The notes beneath the pieces are model-generated. The model searched no databases, was not told the DNA's origin, and saw only the letters and a program-made list of their open reading frames with translations. From positions 1 to 32,080 of the forward strand of contig JAWOHE010000040.1 in NCBI GenBank assembly GCA_046485285.1: 32,080 nucleotides of DNA, in the 5' to 3' direction. Both the position numbers and the translations under genes were made by a program. Positions 29,962 to 32,080 of this stretch are shown here, in pieces (positions within the stretch are counted from its first letter, which is position 1; the number at the start of each line of letters is the position of its first letter). This DNA is from a bacterium (GTDB lineage: Bacteria; Hydrothermota; Tepidihabitantia; Tepidihabitantales; Tepidihabitantaceae).

Positions 29962-32080
29962 ATGCTGAGCATGCCAAAGAGGGTGCTGTTATCAATAGCA
30001 GTTCTGTTTGTGGCGGGCACGGGTCTCGCCGCTACTCGGGTGTACTTCGTTGAGCCCAAGACCGCAACGAATGGATGGACAGAGGCTGACCCGAACGCCT
30101 ACATCGGCCAGACCTGCACCGCCAATGTCGACAGCATCGCGTATATCGAGTGGTTTGTCGGGGAGTTGAGCGCGGAGGGGGCATACCGATTCGAAATACG
30201 CGACAAGGCTACGAACGCTCTGATCTGCCTAGGTGAAGAATCCGTGCCAGTGCGCGGCTGGCAGTGGGTCAAATGCGACTCATTCTACGATGGAAGCAGG
30301 CGGTTCACGAAAGGCAGGGAGTACCTGCTGAAAATCAGCCATGATGCCGGCGACTCGGTCAACTACGTGTACCGGGCCGATAACCCCTACAAGTATGGCC
30401 GAATCGAAGTGGGCGGCGGCGGTTGGGGTCAGTCCGAGCCGGTGGAGTTCTGTGACCTCTGTGCCCGCGTGGTGGGGAAAGAGGACCCGACTCCGAGTGA
30501 CTGGCTGGGTGCCAACCTCAACCTGTTCAGGCTGACGACCGGGGAGGGGCGGGCTGCTCTCGGCAAGGCCGCAGGTCCGTGCGGGCTGAGGTGGATGAGG
30601 ACCGGCGTCACGACGTGGAGGTACCTTGACGAGGACACCGCTGGGGTGATGGCGAAGTGCAAGATGTATGCGGACAGCGGCATCGAGCTGCTCGGGATAC
30701 TGGGCTACGGGCTGGCCGCGCACAGCACGAAGCCGGATACCTGGACCCGGAAGCCGCTGGACTCGACGTTGTACCCGCCCTGCAGCCTGTTCGCGGCGGT
30801 CGACGGCGGGCAGAACCCGTGGGCGGAGTACGTCCGTGAGGTAATGGGCCGGCTGCCTGATGTCAAGTACTGGTGCGTGTGGAATGAGCCCAACGCGTGC
30901 AGCAGCTACTTCGGGGTTCCGGACACGGCGGCGGCCCGGGGGTACAAGGGCTGTGATCCCGGCGGCCCGCTTGGCGACTCGTGGGTGGACACGCCGCGCG
31001 AGCGGTGCAGCCTGTACGTGCGGATGTGTCAGGTTGCGAAGGGCGTCGCGGAGACGCTCAAGACAGGGCAGAAGGTCGTGGCGGGAGAGGTGGCGCGGGT
31101 GCTCGACACGTGCGGGGGCGAGGGACTGACTCGGGGGGTGGACTGGCTCAGCGACATGCTGGACCTTGCGGAGAGCCGGTATGGCGGGGCGGGGAGCTGT
31201 TTCGACATCGTCTCGGTGCATCCGTACCAGCACGTCGGCGCCGGAGCGACCCGTAGTTTCTCGCCTGCGGAGTTCCGGGAGGACCTGGCCGCGGTCCGGG
31301 CGGTGATGGGTGCGCGCGGCCTTGGCGGCACGGAGCTCTGGGCGACGGAGGTCGGCTGGAACAAGTACCTGCGGGACAGTACGGGGTACGTTCCAATTGA
31401 GGGGGCGACGGAGGAGAGGAACGCGGACAACCTGTTTGAGTTCTTTGTTTCGGCGCTGGCCGGCGAGGCAGACCCGGTCGGGTCCTATGGCCGGGTGTTC
31501 TGGTGGGAGCTGAGCAGCCGCCGGGACGATCCGGCAGAGAAGATGAAGGACGAGGGTTTCGGGCTGCTCGACTCATCGGAGTCGCAGGCACTCACGTACA
31601 AGGCGCACGCGTGCGGCCACCTCTCGATCGAGCTCAGGGGGGCGAGGCTGAACGGCCGGGTGATGACCGGAGACCCGGACGTCGACACGCTGACGCGCAT
31701 CTACGAGTTCGAGGACCCGGGGACGGGGAAGCGGACCTGGGTGGGCTGGAAGAACGGCGGCACGGGCGGCGGCGACGTCGAGGTGCGCATACCGGTGCGG
31801 AGCGATACCGTTGACACCGCAGCGTTGGCCTATGACCCCACTCAACCCAGCCCTGCAGGCAAGACCTGTGATACCGACGGCTGGCTGACGCAGACGCTGG
31901 CGACCCGGCCGGTGTTCATCACCGAAACCGGCGACACGTCCCGGCCGGACCTTGTGGTGGATAGCGTGAGGGTCTGGCCGGCAGAGCCGCAGGTGAGTGG
32001 GCCGCTTGTGGTCAGCTACTCGGTCCGCAATCACGGGACGGCCGGGGTCCCGCAGCAGTGGTCCGTGAACCTCCACTGGA
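29962..32080 (+). CDS. Secreted clan GH-A glycoside hydrolase (GH39/GH5-like) with CARDB domain; 3'-truncated by the window edge
   Basis: Hand translation: AGGAGG RBS, ATG 29962, signal peptide, no stop before the window end. Motifs VKYWCVWNEPN, FDIVSVHPY, ELWATEVGW, FGLL, then RPDLVVDSV...SVRNHG (CARDB). Confidence 0.82.
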   Translation, partial: MLSMPKRVLLSIAVLFVAGTGLAATRVYFVEPKTATNGWTEADPNAYIGQTCTANVDSIAYIEWFVGELSAEGAYRFEIRDKATNALICLGEESVPVRGWQWVKCDSFYDGSRRFTKGREYLLKISHDAGDSVNYVYRADNPYKYGRIEVGGGGWGQSEPVEFCDLCARVVGKEDPTPSDWLGANLNLFRLTTGEGRAALGKAAGPCGLRWMRTGVTTWRYLDEDTAGVMAKCKMYADSGIELLGILGYGLAAHSTKPDTWTRKPLDSTLYPPCSLFAAVDGGQNPWAEYVREVMGRLPDVKYWCVWNEPNACSSYFGVPDTAAARGYKGCDPGGPLGDSWVDTPRERCSLYVRMCQVAKGVAETLKTGQKVVAGEVARVLDTCGGEGLTRGVDWLSDMLDLAESRYGGAGSCFDIVSVHPYQHVGAGATRSFSPAEFREDLAAVRAVMGARGLGGTELWATEVGWNKYLRDSTGYVPIEGATEERNADNLFEFFVSALAGEADPVGSYGRVFWWELSSRRDDPAEKMKDEGFGLLDSSESQALTYKAHACGHLSIELRGARLNGRVMTGDPDVDTLTRIYEFEDPGTGKRTWVGWKNGGTGGGDVEVRIPVRSDTVDTAALAYDPTQPSPAGKTCDTDGWLTQTLATRPVFITETGDTSRPDLVVDSVRVWPAEPQVSGPLVVSYSVRNHGTAGVPQQWSVNLHW

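Noticed and set aside
30280-32076. Short track ORFs in the last 2 kb
   Set aside because: All overlap the open plus-strand GH frame starting at 29962.
1-32080. CRISPR array, transposase, integrase or prophage
   Set aside because: No regularly spaced direct repeats or mobile-element genes were seen; the repeats present are protein-level propeller repeats.

Overview
High-GC, gene-dense bacterial chromosome segment. The many secreted proteins with T9SS-type/FlgD-Ig C-terminal sorting domains (CTDs), plus a PorV-like gene, suggest an FCB-related uncultured lineage such as candidate phylum WOR-3 (inference). Left to right: the 3' part of a gingipain-like C25 peptidase, a small lipoprotein, an S8 subtilase, an alkyltransferase-like (ATL) protein, tamA-tamB-priA, a TPR protein, tRNA-Leu(CAA) and a transglutaminase-like lipoprotein. 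Next is a minus-strand operon (NHL-FlgD, PorV-like, polyprenol-kinase-like, SurA/parvulin, GalT-like, glgA). Last are four plus-strand exported proteins (Asp-box propeller, YVTN propeller, LVIVD protein, and a clan GH-A glycoside hydrolase missing from the ORF track). The standout signal is the Asp-box propeller gene at 23770-25935. It is one continuous frame broken by a single in-frame TGA (24994-24996, context EGSG*GTAELF). The TGA is followed at once by a stem-loop and a local codon-usage anomaly, and is preceded by a CGNVC motif. This makes it a candidate secreted selenoprotein. Also notable: a structured ~170-nt leader RNA, an apparently helicase-dead PriA, a nested parvulin domain, a gene lacking a canonical start codon, and several apparently leaderless genes.
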